Below, in pieces: positions 1 to 12,560 of a stretch of 64,000 nucleotides of DNA. The first letter of the stretch is position 1. Each line of letters starts with the position of its first letter. A model generated the notes under the pieces. That model was not told the DNA's origin. It did no database searches and saw nothing but the letters and a program-made list of their open reading frames with translations. The translations under genes and the position numbers were made by a program. Location: assembly GCF_947568905.1 (NCBI RefSeq), contig NC_079167.1, forward strand, positions 57,226,001-57,290,000. The letters are read 5' to 3'. This DNA comes from Ostrea edulis. Lineage: Eukaryota.

Positions 1-998
1 TTTGTTTTCACTTTTAATGATCAAAATCTATTGTCTAATGTGTTTAAAAGATTTCATATCAAAATTAAGGTTATACATTATCACAGAAACTCATTTTAGA
101 GAGTTTATTATTTATTTTGTAAACAAAGATTGCGGTATGTTATTGTTTACGAAATTTTCCAAAGAAATGGATATCAATCTTAGTTTATTATATCTTTCAC
201 ATTTCAAGCATTCTTTTAGGTTATATGTGTCATCTAAAAGTTAAAATTTGTGACTATGCGAAATCAAGATGCTTTATATTACAAAATTAACATTTCACTG
301 GTTTGTTTGTATACATGAAAAGACTCGAGTCTTTGTTTACATAACACAGATTTCAGGCTAAAATATTGCTTTTATTCTTGCGTTCAGAAGGTCAAACTTT
401 TGGCTGTTAACATTAATATTATATTTTTAATGTTTAAAATCAAAAATGAAAAATATAGTTTTTTTTCTTCAAAAATCATGAACCAAGTCCCTTTAACACA
501 CTTCAGAAAGCATGCTGTCATGAAGCATCACAGTTCATGAATACCATACATAGAAATTTATTTCTTGATTATGTTTTGACAATGATTCCAATTGCTTATT
601 GTCAGAGTCTATCTGGTAAAATTTACTAAATGTCTCCTTTTTGGGAAAGTTTGAGCATGTGATAATTTGTATAAACAGTGAAGCCATATTTACAAGAATT
701 ATTCTAGTATCATCATGCACATATAAACACTATACAGCAATTACTTATAATTACATTATAAACTATTTACTACATTTTAAGGCATATAAATAACCTAAAC
801 TCAATATAATTCACTCAATTAACTTTTCATAAACGTCACAGGTTAATGTTCTATAGAGCTAAGCCACAATGGATACCCCATCATTTTTTATCACTCTCAA
901 TTTATAAGTTATTAAAAAATTTAAAAACACTGACTTAGATTCATTATAAATTCATCATTCCTATTTTTGATAGTGCCCAGAGTGGGTTGTTGACTTAC

Positions 999-1091
999 TG
1001 CATATGATGAAATCAGAAATGCAGCATTGGCACGTTTCCTTGCATCAAAGCTTGTGTAGTGAATAATTCTCTTCTTTGCAAGTGAGAAAGA
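999..1091 (-). CDS. CDC14: CDC14 coding exon 4 ([31 protein letters not shown]); gene continues beyond the left edge
   Basis: Acceptor ttttctttcag, donor GCA|gtaagt, 93 nt, phase 0-0. Hallmark KRANAAFLI motif. The expected next exon (..Y....PEEAY) was not found in 1-998. Confidence 0.97.
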
Positions 1092-1469
1092 CTGAAAGAA
1101 AAAAAAAAGTGTTTTTCTGTCAGCATTATCAGTAATAGCAATTAGATAAACCTCTATCTATGCCAGCAAATTAATGACCTCCACATCTATTCAGCAACAT
1201 CGCATTTACAACCCACATAGCTAGAGCATCAAACAAGTTTGTTTACATGGGCTATTTATAGTACTGTAAACAATGCATACAATATCCTAACCAAATGTTC
1301 TACAGATAAGATTAGTTTTTCATATTTAAAAAAAAAGATGTGGAGCACATGTATGTACTTTTGACATGTCATGTTTTGTAGTTATCAATCTGTAACACAT
1401 TTACCTGGATATTATTATTACATCCTAATTCATAACATTAGTCACAACATTCAGCAAAACATTAGTTAC

Positions 1470-1545
1470 CTTTAGTTTTTTATTTAATTTACAACAATAT
1501 CTGTATAGCTGTGCCAAATTCAGTGGTCCAAAGTCTGCATAGAAA
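1470..1545 (-). CDS. CDC14: CDC14 coding exon 3 ([25 protein letters not shown])
   Basis: Acceptor tgtttcag, donor AAG|gtaact, 76 nt, phases 2 to 0. Hallmark [10 protein letters not shown] motif. Confidence 0.97.
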
Positions 1546-2526
1546 CTGAAACAAAAACAGAGACTTTCTGAAAAACTTGAAAATCCTTGACCTGAAAATA
1601 ATTACTTACATTAGCATAAACTTTTCGGTCAGTGATGAAATATCTAGGTCACAAGAAATTTGTAAACAAGAGACTACATACAAACCACTTTTGTGATTTT
1701 TCAAGTGACTTATTTGTTGATTACACAGATAAGATGACAATAATTGTATTTGAGCATTACATAACAAATGTGAAACTCCTTGAGCTTATAATAGTGTTTG
1801 GTTAATAATTCATGGTTGGTGTAAAAATAGCTCTCAACCGGATATCAATACACAGTTTATAAATTAATAATCCTTATTTCAAATAAAGCAAAGATGGCCA
1901 AAAAGTTTATCGCAAGAAATATGTAAATTGTATAAACTGAAAGCAAGCCAAAGTGTGTAGAGTGTTTTTGGCACAATGCCAAACTTCAATATTCAATACT
2001 GGTTGGTACCAGAAAGTTTTAAACATATATATATACATGATCTCTGTACATGAATTTGATTTGTCATCATTATTTTTTAAAAATCAATACTTATCAATTA
2101 ACAGATTCATGGAAATACTGACAGTTCCTGCTTTAGATATAATTCATAACAAAAGATAGGAGCATCAGATCAAATTATAATTAAACTATCAACATACAAG
2201 AAAAAAAAGTCTAGTATATTTGTCTACCAACAAATACTTTATCTAACAATCAAATCATGAATTCCAAACAAATATTTGTATATGTATAAATCTAAACTAT
2301 CAAAAAGTTTTGATATAACCTTGAAATGTGGGTACAAGTTGCATTTAACTGTATGATGTATCTATACAGTACATGTATATCCACTTTAAATGACATTTTC
2401 GTCTTCTCATAACATGTCTTGATAAAATAAATATACCCATGACCAAGCAAGAATCTCTTTTTTTAATCTAAAGTAGCCTGGCCTGTAGTACTGAAGTTGT
2501 TTTTTCAATACACTGTTCTATCTTAC

Positions 2527-2617
2527 TTTTCATACACAAGCTCATCGTCGACACAGAAATAATGTGTGTGTGCTGTAGATCTTGGCTTTGTTCTCAGTGT
2601 GGCAAAGTACAGTCGAT
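2527..2617 (-). CDS. CDC14: CDC14 coding exon 2 ([31 protein letters not shown])
   Basis: Acceptor aatttcag, donor AA|gtaaga, 91 nt, phases 1 to 2. Close match to the CDC14 motif DRLYFATL...THYF..D.ELVYENF. Confidence 0.97.
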
Positions 2618-2775
2618 CTGAAATTAGTATGAAAAATTTGATGTACCCGGGAAGCACATTCAATAGTAGATGCACATGCAAAATTACACAAGCCTCAAAC
2701 CTTGTCGAGACATGTTTAGAATGAAAGGAAAAGGTCAGAGAAATGTATTTTTTCAGAGTGCAAACATGCTCTCAC

Positions 2776-2824
2776 CTTTTATAAACTCGGAAGCACTCCC
2801 TATAATATCATTTTCATCGGCCAT
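2776..2824 (-). CDS. CDC14: CDC14 dual-specificity phosphatase, coding exon 1 (MADENDIIGSASEFIK, phase-1 end)
   Basis: ATG at 2824-2822, donor G|gtgaga. Joins exon 2 in frame to give ...[14 protein letters not shown], the N-terminus I recognise from CDC14A/B. Confidence 0.93.
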
Positions 2825-3086
2825 TCTTCAGTATAACAATCACTTTCGTTTCAATATAGTCCACTGGTAAAATGTTGCCTTGTACAGTTGTTAGCAAATA
2901 TGCTCTCTGTTTACCTGGTAGGATTCGATGTTTTCCAAGTGCGTAAATACACTATTTCACAACAAAATGTTTCTTTAAAACTCTATAAGTCTCCATGTAT
3001 TTAGTATGATCGAATAAAACTTCCTATTAAAAGTAATTTGATAAAATTATCGACCCCCCTTATCTTCACCAAACTTGACGGCCATG

Positions 3087-3192
3087 TTTGAACTGGAGCA
3101 AAGTTAAGTGCAAAAGATCACGTGATCACGGTCTAGACCAATAGTAGATTACACAACAATTGTCGTCATGGGGATTTCGTAGTCTGGCCAAT
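3087..3192. promoter_or_regulatory. Putative CDC14 proximal promoter motifs
   Basis: TTTGAA (CHR-like) at 3087-3092, palindrome GATCACGTGATC containing an E-box at 3116-3127, CCAAT at 3138-3142 and 3188-3192; all 260-370 bp upstream of the ATG. Motif matches only. Confidence 0.4.
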
Positions 3193-4135
3193 GAAATCTT
3201 TGTTTATAGTTTTCAATGGAAACCCCAGCATCTGTCACAAATTCCAATAATCAACGCATATTTTCATAAATGAGACAAACGGACATAATCGTATTTTCAG
3301 ACATTGCACGAAAATGCAAAATTGTCAAAATATGTTTGTACAAGCTTTGATATATCGTTTCTATATTTTGATTAATGATTTTAGAAAGCAGTCAGTGGTT
3401 TTGCATATCAGGCTTTTATTTGCAATAATGTTATACCATTTTCCCTTTTTTTCTTCTTTTTTTTATGAAGGTTAAGCTTTTTTTTTTTTTAAATTATTAC
3501 TTCCAACACCATTTTGCAAAAATTATTACCTACATTGTAAATAATGATGGTTTATTCCAAGGTTGCGAGCATAAAGTTCAAACATTAGGTATATGAATTC
3601 ATGATTTCTTTTGAAGATAGACTTGTCTATTTTATTTGTCAAAAGAACAAGTTCTAACGACTTACTCTCCTAAAAGTATAATGTTCAGCCATACGAGATA
3701 ATAATAAATAGGCAAAATGTACAATAATTAAATGAATCTACTGGTTTCTTCTATAAATTTGTGAATTAACAGCTGAAAAAAAAAATTAATTTATCTATAT
3801 TATAGTCTGCAAAGGCAAATTAACATCACCGCATAATAACAAATTTGTATCAATATTGACCAAGTCAAGCATAAAAAGGCAATTAAAAAGATTATTTCTA
3901 GCTTTAGAGTAATTTTTACAAGCAAAAACGAGATGATATATACATCGATCTCCGTTATGTACAATGTATGAACAAAATGGAGAATTTGTAATATTACGCA
4001 TATAAAAATCATATTAATGAAGTATACATTTGTGCCTTAGCTTTGTAATTTGAATAATGTTGGTAAATCGTTTCCCAAAAGAAAAATATGATGGTGGGCT
4101 TATGATTTCTGTTATTATAATTTTGCGGAATGAGT

Positions 4136-4270
4136 TGATTGAGATGGCTTCTCTGGCTTCTACATTTAATAAATGTCAATGTTTTATCGAACCAGGTACA
4201 AATGATTAGATTGAGATGGCTTCTCTGGCTTCTAATTTAATAAATTCGAATTAGGTACAAATGATTATTT
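4136..4270. repeat. Two-copy imperfect tandem duplication (~70-bp unit)
   Basis: gattgagatggcttctctggcttcta...aggtacaaatgatta occurs twice in a row, the second copy shortened internally. Confidence 0.8.
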
Positions 4271-4411
4271 GAATAACTCTAATCTGCATCACGGAATATA
4301 GAACTGGTTTTTGTTTCGTGTATCATAGCGGGGGGTAGGGACATAGTTTCATGTTTATTTGAAATGATATCATTTAGGCCTAAGTAGTGTGGGGCGCTAC
4401 CATTACAATTA

Positions 4412-4802
4412 CAGTGGCGGATTTAAGGGGAGGGGGGCGCAGCCGGCGCCCCCCCCCCTAACATTTTCAAATTTTATGTAAATCGCGGTATCTTGTTTAG
4501 AAAAATGTACTAAACGATCGAAGAAGCAATAATTTCTTCCACTCCCAGAGAAATAAATGACAAAATCTTTTGATTTCTTGAATTACTTGATTATGAGAAC
4601 TTAATTTTTTCCAAAAACCCTTAAAATTTGCGTCATTTTATTAATTTCACCTTATTAAAAATGATAAAATATAGTACAAATGACTGAATAGGAGACATGT
4701 TTCAGGTCCTATAAAATCTGTAAAATCCAGGACCAGACCCCCTGCCTCATACACTGCCCCCCCCCCCCCCCCCCGTAACAGCAATTCCTGGATCCGCCCC
4801 TG
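4412..4802. mobile_element. MITE with CAGTGGCGGAT / ATCCGCCCCTG terminal inverted repeats
   Basis: TIRs at both ends, non-coding interior. Related termini recur near 19340-19500 and 26050. Confidence 0.7.
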
Positions 4803-4894
4803 ACAAATTTTGAACACGGAAGTCATTTGGGCGATATAAAACGTCTACTTTGTAAAGTTTGCTAACCTGTTTCTGAATAAAGATAGTCTGTAGA

Positions 4895-5080
4895 TCACAA
4901 GATGCGAACATAGGAAGACCAGTGACAATTCTAGCTGCAGATAATTGTACTTTGTCAAGTTTATCAGTATCGTGAACAGAGCAGACAATTGAAGCATATT
5001 CAAGAGTAGGTCTATAAGTAAATGCTACCACAGATGAATCCTACGATTTTTGAACTTTTAAAAGCTTTTTCAAAAGTCCT
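4895..5080 (-). mobile_element. Decayed CR1/L2-like LINE RT C-terminal fragment
   Basis: Translation YRPTLEYASIV...DKLDKVQLSAARIVTGLP matches the RP.LEYAS..W...LE.VQ..AAR.V region of CR1-group RTs. Confidence 0.75.
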
Positions 5081-6545
5081 ATTTTTTATATGCTTTGTCT
5101 TTAGAAGTATGGAATCAATATACACAGACCAACTGAGGTTGTGTAACAATAATAATTAATTAATGATTTAAATGTGGGGGGGGGGGGGGGGGATACAATG
5201 CAGGATTGAGTTCTAGTATCCAAATATTTATATGTTCATGTACGTATGCAGTGGACATCAATCATGAATCATAGTTAAAGGATGTGCAGACGTAGCTGGG
5301 ATGGACACAAAACATGTAACATGTAGCGCAATATCTATGTTGTTGAATTATAATATATATATACTGCAGATGGCAGCAAGAGACGGCGCTATAGGACCGA
5401 CAGAATGAATTCGGTTGCGAAATATTCACTTTTATTAAATACAGTAATTAACAAAAAGCACCTATATACTCCATGTAATATTTAAATTAACTGCAAGTCA
5501 ATTAATGTTTGTAGATTATAAACTGATGCAGAGCTAGGATAGCAAGAGATGGTGCTATGTAGGAAAATCAATTAATTCCCATAAATAAATACCCAATTCT
5601 ACGTATAAAGCAACATATATAATCATATACACAGCACAGTGCAAAAAATATACTGATATTATTTGTAAGGGTCGTAAACATGTAATTTTACATCTGGACA
5701 GTGTAATATAGAACCACATGGAAATCCAACTCTTCTAATCATGTTTGCATAATAAGTACATATTACATGTTGAAAACTGAATTAATGTGCGCATCAATTC
5801 AACTATTGTTCTCATAGATTCAAGGTGGTGAAATTATTTGTTCGCAAAATTTAACATTTGGAGCTCGGTATACATGTATATGATTTGATGATCTCTGACA
5901 TCTTTAGTTATTTACAACGCCTTTAATATAAAGAATTAATGCGCGCATCAATTGTTTTTAAAGAGAGCAACAATTCATATTAAAGAGTTCATTGATTCAA
6001 TTTTGGATATGTTGAATTGAATGTACTAGTATCTCTAATCATATACATATAGTTGCTCTCTCTAAAAGAATGATTGCGGTCATCGAATTAATGATAATTA
6101 TGGTTCCAGACGAAGGTCATGTTTAACTGTACAATACGTATCCAACTTCCCACCCAAGGATATTTCATGCTTTCTCTCGAACCAATTTTCAAATAAAAAT
6201 AAAAAGAGTTAAGATCTTACACAGCTAGTGAGATAATCTAGGAACAGGAAGCTTTAGGGGGATTTTCTCCTAGAACACCGGGATGGATGCAGGGTTTCAG
6301 TTTAGGGGGAGTGGACCAATCCTCACAAAACCCTGGTGGCGCCAGAGGGATTGCCCCCCCCCCCCCCCCCCCCCCCCCGGAAGCTCCCACATTCTTAAGA
6401 AATTTCATTGCAAAATCTAGCATAGAATGAGCTAGATTTCTGGTACACAGTTTCAAATGAAAAATAAAAATAAAACTATATTCCATCAAGGTGTATATAT
6501 TGAGTTTACTTGGTTTATTTTCAACATAGAGTAAATGCTCTTTCC

Positions 6546-6609
6546 TTAGAACGTAAGTACTAGACACACACAGCGTGAGTAGGAAAATCAAACTTATTTA
6601 ATATATAAG

Positions 6610-6665
<56 letters not shown>

Positions 6666-6767
6666 AAAAAATAAAATCCAATGCTCCTTTAGAACATTGA
6701 ACTTAGAACGTAAGTACTAGACACACACAGCGTGAGTAGGAAAATCAAACTTATTTAATATATAAGC

Positions 6768-6827
<60 letters not shown>

Positions 6828-6873
6828 TAAGTTGAAGTTAAAAGTTTGAGCATTGGATTTTATTTTTTGACCT
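6546..6873. repeat. Duplicated 71-bp unit with two (TA)n microsatellites and a 24-bp inverted segment
   Basis: 6546-6616 equals 6703-6773, each followed by (TA)n; 6663-6686 is the reverse complement of 6848-6871. Confidence 0.9.
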
Positions 6874-7272
6874 TTATTCTACCCCGATACCAAGAAAAAA
6901 TTATTTATTGAATATATATATATATATGAATGCATATTGGACTACAGGGGCTTCGGAATTAAGGAATAAACCATACAAAATTGGGTGTGGTTAGGGAGGC
7001 GGTGTCCCCTTCTGTTCGGAAGAAAATTTAGAAATTTCAAAGGTAATTTGTGCCATTTCAAGTACATAAAATTCTTAGTTTGAAATTTTTGGGGGAATGC
7101 ACCCATACGCCCCTCCATCTTCAATACGCCAGTGACACCAGCCCCCTCCTTCTACAAAGGGATCGAAGGATCTCGCGGCTGACCGGAGAGTCTTAAATTC
7201 ACACAATTCCAGGACATCATATCTTCGCTAGGCAAGGGTTTTCGGTCCACACCGCTCCCCATAATTATCCTT

Positions 7273-7745
7273 GGGTGAAGGGGATTCATGTTTGTTCAAA
7301 TGAAGGGCTATGGTCCCTTCAATAAGGAGATACTCACAAAAATGCAACAATAGGGTGGGGTCATATAAGAATCTTCTCATTAACCATTGGGCCAGGAAAG
7401 TTTAATTTTACATGGAAACTTCCTTACATTGTGCAGATTCAAGTTTTTATATTCATGGCCCCTGGGGGTAGAGTGGGGCCACAATAGGGAATCAAAGTTT
7501 TACATGCGAATATTAGTATATAGGGAAAAGTCTTTATAAATCTTCTTCTCAAGAACCACTAATCCAGAGAAGTTCAGATTTACATGGCAGCTTTCTGATA
7601 TAGTGCAGATTCATGTTTGTAAAAATCATGCCCCCCCCCCCCCCCCTGGGGTAGGTTATAGGCACAATAGGGGATCAAAATTTTACATGCGAATATATAG
7701 GGTTTTTTGTTTTTTTAATATGGGCCAAGGTGACTTAGGCCCCTT
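7273..7745. mobile_element. Non-autonomous Helentron-like element with ~165-bp satellite-type monomers
   Basis: Repeated monomer ...ttctcaagaaccact...tttacatg...gtgcagattca.gttt...catggcccc..ggggtag...cacaataggg.atcaaagttttacatgcgaatat; same family at 33400-33990. Resembles the oyster Cg170/BclI satellite (from recall). Confidence 0.7.
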
Positions 7746-7949
7746 ATTTTCATACTGCGTTACAATTATCACATCGGGCGTATAGTGGGGCATTCATGTC
7801 CTATGGACATATTTCCAGTTTCCTTTACATTCCTGTATTATTGATATACATATATTTTGTATATATTGTATTTGACATACTTCTTGGTGTCTACCTCCAT
7901 TTCCTCGCTATTTAAGTCGTGTGATGTTTGTATGTTATACAGTGAACAA

Positions 7950-8440
7950 ACTGGTTGATAGGCCTCCACATTGTGATTTCTCTTTGTACCAAAATTCATT
8001 AAAATCCCCCAAAGGGTTGAGGAGAAGTTGTGAAGACAAAGTATTTTGAACAGAAAAAATTAAATCCAAGGGCCACAACTCCTTGATAGGCCTCCACATT
8101 GTGATTTCTCTTTGTACCAAAATTCATTAAAATCCCCCAAAGGGTTTAGGAGAAGTTCATCTTCGCAAGCCAAGTGTCCGATTCGCTTACGAAGATGGGA
8201 GAAGTTGTGAAGACAAAGTATTTTGAACAGAAAAAATTAAGTCCAAGGGCCACAACTCCTTTAAAAAACATCGGACAGCATTCCCCTTGCAATATGCACA
8301 GCTCCACATTGTGATCTTTCTTTGTACCAAGTTTCATCAAAATTCCCAAAAGGGTTTAGGAGGAATTGTAAAGACGAAGTTAAACGGACAGACGGACGGA
8401 CGACAGCCGTATAGCATAATTTTTAAGCAGGCGTATAAAA
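7950..8440. mobile_element. Non-autonomous Helentron-like element with ~130-bp internal repeats, one carrying a 40-bp insertion
   Basis: gataggcctccacattgtgatttctctttgtaccaaaattcattaaaatcccccaaagggtt is repeated; ends with gacagacggacggac...gtatagcataat...aagcaggcgtataaaaat. Confidence 0.65.
8158..8197. mobile_element. 40-bp micro-insertion with 13-bp TIRs and a 9-bp TSD
   Basis: GGAGAAGTT at 8149-8157 and 8198-8206 flanks catcttcgcaagc...gcttacgaagatg (12/13 inverted match). The adjacent uninterrupted monomer has a single GGAGAAGTT. Confidence 0.8.
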
Positions 8441-8619
8441 ATGCTTGTACATTAACATGATTAACCATGGCCCTGCTGTTCTTGAAGATTTTTTAAAATG
8501 TTTTTTGATCCCCTATTGTGGCCCCATCCTACCTCCACGGGTCATGATTTGAACAAACTTCAATCTGCACTAACCAGGGGTACTTGCACATTAATATGAA
8601 TATTTATGACCCTGTATTA

Positions 8620-9440
8620 ATTTAAACTCAGGTGCTATTGCAGTTGATAAGCATCCGTCGTCGTCAGTTATCAATTGAACATTTTTAATTTCTTGATAAC
8701 TACCACTCGAATTCTTTCCAAATTTGGTATGAAGCATTTTGGGGACAAGGGGGACATAAATTGTACATTTCAGGACTTCTGCACCCTTGGGGCCCTAGGG
8801 TTGGGACAAAAACTGCCAAAAATTAACCACTTTTCAAAAAGCTCCTTCTCTACAACTGCACATCTTTAAGAAAAATTAAATGCATAGTATTGTAGAGTCA
8901 GAAGCCCTCTACCAAAATTGAAAAACTGTTGTAAAAGTTTGGACTACAGGGCAGGGTCAAACTTGGTATATAGTGTACATGTGTATAAGGTCTGAATAAC
9001 ATTTTCTTTAGTGCTATTGATACTAAATATAAACCAAGTCGATATTTAGAAAGACTAGGTAGCCCTTAACCAAAATTGTTCATGACCCCAGGTGTAAGGG
9101 TTTTTGGTATCATGGTGGGGCCAAACTTGGTATGAAGCAGGTTGGGGACATCAATTGTAAATTTCAGGATTCCAGCACCCCTGGGGCCTTAGGGATGAGG
9201 CAAAAACTGCCAAAATTAACCAATTTTCAAAAATCTTCTTCTCCACAACTGCGCAACTTTAAGAAAATCTAAATGCATAGTGATTGTAAATTTCATGATC
9301 CATTGGGTAAAGGTTTTACCCAAGTATGCTTTGTGGCAAATTTGGTTGAAATTAGCCATGTGGTTCTGGAATAGTCAATATGTTAAAAGTTTATGGATGG
9401 ACTGACAGCAGCTAAAAAGCTCAGATGAGATAAAAAAGTG
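8620..9440. mobile_element. Non-autonomous Helentron-like repeat, opposite orientation to 24804-25952
   Basis: Shares caaaaactgccaaaattaacca.ttttcaaaaatcttctt and ggggacaagggggacataaattgta with the reverse complement of 24804-25952 and 26820-27470. Confidence 0.65.
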
Positions 9441-10152
9441 TATCAAAAACTATGATCAAAACACCTAATAAAATAAGTGTGACTTGCAGGCTCAAAAGTA
9501 CAAATATTTATTCAGAAAACTAACAGTCATAGATAAATATGTAAAACATTACAAAGGGAGAAAACTCACTATCATTTTTAAAGAAACCGACCAAGTAATT
9601 TCATGTTGACCTCTTTATTAAAATGTTTGTAAAATTTGTAAATTCATTTCAAACTTACTGTTACAATGCTCCCAAAGCATTCAAAACTGTTACAAAACAA
9701 GATCTGAATCATGTAAACTTCTATGATAAATGCAAAATATGTAAAAAGTTATTTTAGTATGTATCACAATTTAACACACCCTGAATGCAGATTTGATTGA
9801 TAAATTAAAATCAAAATGTACAATATCATTATAGAAAAATCTGCATATCAAAGTTCCTCTTACAAGGCTTAAATACACACACACATACACATGATTAAAT
9901 ACTAATGAAAAAGTTTTGGAGTTGAAAAGTTTGTTACAATTGCTAACTAAAAACACTGGCTAGGTCACTGAGTAATGAATAAATATTAAAAAATAATGTC
10001 TTAAAATAAATAGATCTGTAGTTTCATTCAGAAACATAGTTATAACATAATAAATTGTACTGTTCTTCAGCATGTGATGATGTCAAGACATTACACATGT
10101 ATTACTAGTTTTAACATGATCTGAACACATAGGTGAATTTTGATTTTCATAT

Positions 10153-10280
10153 TTAAACATCAATGATTGGTTTATCTTTTGGAAAGCTAACTGGCTTGAC
10201 ACCTGCAATCTGTAAAAGTTCATTAATTGGAGTCTGGTCTGTGGAATTTTCACAAATATGCATGAAATGGACCTCCTCAT
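10153..10280 (-). CDS. PRXL2C: PRXL2C/AAED1 exon 7, last (DEEVHFMHICENSTDQTPINELLQIAGVKPVSFPKDKPIIDV*)
   Basis: Acceptor (t)n gtag, phase 1, TAA at 10155-10153. Matches the PRXL2C C-terminal pattern IHF.H.D....DH.PIN.VLQ.VGV..V.F......I.V. Confidence 0.93.
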
Positions 10281-10458
10281 CTACAAAAAAAAAAAAAGAA
10301 ATAATCAAAAAATCACCAATAACAAATATAGTTTTCAAAATTTCAGGTACAAACAATTTCAAAAGAATGTTTAATTCAAAATTATTCACTGTTTCTGTGC
10401 TTCATTCTTTATAACAAAAACTTTTTAAGAGAGAGGTCACCAACTTTGGCTGTCATAC

Positions 10459-10581
10459 CTGGTCCTAGGATGTACTCTGCCCCTTGCTGCCGTACATGAC
10501 CCTGGTATTCCTGAGACTTCATAGCTCTCCATGTACTACTCAAAATTCCTGATATCATGCCATGTTTAAGGTGCTTGTTCT
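10459..10581 (-). CDS. PRXL2C: PRXL2C exon 6 (NKHLKHGMISGILSSTWRAMKSQEYQGHVRQQGAEYILGP)
   Basis: Acceptor tcattgcag, donor CAG|gtatga, 123 nt, phase 1-1. Matches the W.A....FQGD..QQGG..ILGPG motif. Confidence 0.93.
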
Positions 10582-11639
10582 CTGCAATGAATAAAACCTA
10601 GAGAATGTTTTTATGAAAAACAAATGTCTCCTCAGCTCCCCAAATCGGAAGTGCTCCAAAAGAAACCTCCTCCCCTTAATGTACTGCAAGGTATGGAGGA
10701 GAAAATCACAAGGAGGAACATAGACATTATGAACTCTGAAAAGCCATATGGGAGAAGTGTTCACAAACTATTTTACACCCTCCACCCCTCAGATACACTA
10801 TAACTATATCTTTAAGGATAACAATCCTGTTCCTACAATATGCACATATGCAAATGGCATTAAAATATTGTATTTTCAAGTCTATCATATAAGCCATATA
10901 GAAGGAGAAGCATTCACAAGCTATATTAACATCCTCCACCCGTCTTAGATCCACTATAACTTTTATGAAAATAATTGGATCCTCCTGTCCCCACAATATG
11001 CACATCTACAAAAGGCAATGAAGCATTGCACAAGTTTTCAAGTATATCCAATAAGCCATATAGGAGGAGAAGCATTCCCAAGATTTTGTGACAGACAGAA
11101 GGACAGATGGTTAGATGAACAGAAACCTATGTCTCCTCCTGGAAATTTTAACAGGCATTTTGTGACTTATCATAAAATGATTTTCAAATCATTCTCAAAA
11201 GAGGATACACTATTAGTTAATAAGTAATCATTAAATAGTAACTTGTAAAATTTTGCATGCAATATATACAGTCATATGTTTTGTAGAATGCTGAAATCAA
11301 AAGAAAATGTTGTTTTATTTCTTTCTTTGGGATATGCAGACCCATCATTGTTGCAATGTAATAACATCATAGAAAATTTATGATTAAACCTTAGAATGAA
11401 TATTCTAAATGTATTTTAAGGTGTCCAATAAATAAATGGGAAATAAATATCAAAAGTGCATAAATACACATGTATAATCAAACTATTGGTTTAAATGCTA
11501 TAAATTTAATTCATCACCAATTTCATTATGATGCCACACTTTCAAAATCACAAAAGGTAGCACTTTAACTAGAATTAATTGCAGTCATACATGTGCAACA
11601 CTATCACTAAAGATGAAAATAAAAGATGTGTTTGTGATT

Positions 11640-12098
11640 AAGGCAGCAAAGTAATTCTGGTACCCAAAGAAAGGTCTTGTCACTAGGAATACACAAGAAA
11701 AGCCCTATCACTAACTATTTATAGCCAAGGTTAAAGTTTTTCAAAAGTAGATCAAACTCCAAAGTCAAGGTCATGAAGTAAAAGAATTTGTTATCTAAAG
11801 ATAGATCTTGTCAAAAGGAATACACATGTGAAATATAAAAGCCATATCACTAAACATTCAAAAGTTATGGCCTAGGTTAAAGTTTTTCAAAAGTACAAGA
11901 AAAGAAGGTAACAAGATAAAAATTTTGGTACCAAAAGAAAGGTCTTGTCACAAGGAAAACACATGTGAAATATGAAAGCCCTATCACCATCCATTCAAAA
12001 GTTTTGGGCAAGGTTAAAATTTTTGTGGACAAACAGATAAACATACTAACTGACCAAAAACTATATGCCCCCGAATCTCTGATTATGGGGACATTAAA
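11640..12098. mobile_element. Helentron-like element with ~145-bp tandem monomers in PRXL2C intron 5
   Basis: aaggtcttgtca...ggaatacacatgtgaaatat.aaagccctatcac...cattcaaaagtt.tgg.caaggttaaa repeated about three times; subterminal hairpin gcccccga...tatgggga. Confidence 0.65.
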
Positions 12099-12560
12099 AT
12101 ATGTCAGAAAAACAATGGCCTATCATTTTTAATATAATATCTTCGTAACCACATTCAACTAAATTCTAAGACATAGCTGAGCCTTAGGTCTCCATTTCAA
12201 ATACCATATACTCATGTAATTTTGACACATTGGAAATGTGGACTTTTTTGGTGAATGAGGAATATTTGTCAAAAAGGAAAATACCAAAATTTCTAATCAT
12301 ATCAATGACACACTTATTAAATGAAAATGTGCCTAAGAAAATGAAGCACTAATATTTCAAACTACATTCTTTAGGAAAATCTGCTAAAATATTCCCAACG
12401 AGAAAATTCCGAATATATGGTAGTCTTGCATCAATAGCAGCAATAACTATTAACTAAGAAACAATAATATTACAATATCAGAGAATTTTTTCCACCTGTA
12501 TGTCATCATTCATATTCCAACTTTACATAGCATACAATTGAGTAAAAACTTGTTTCTTAC

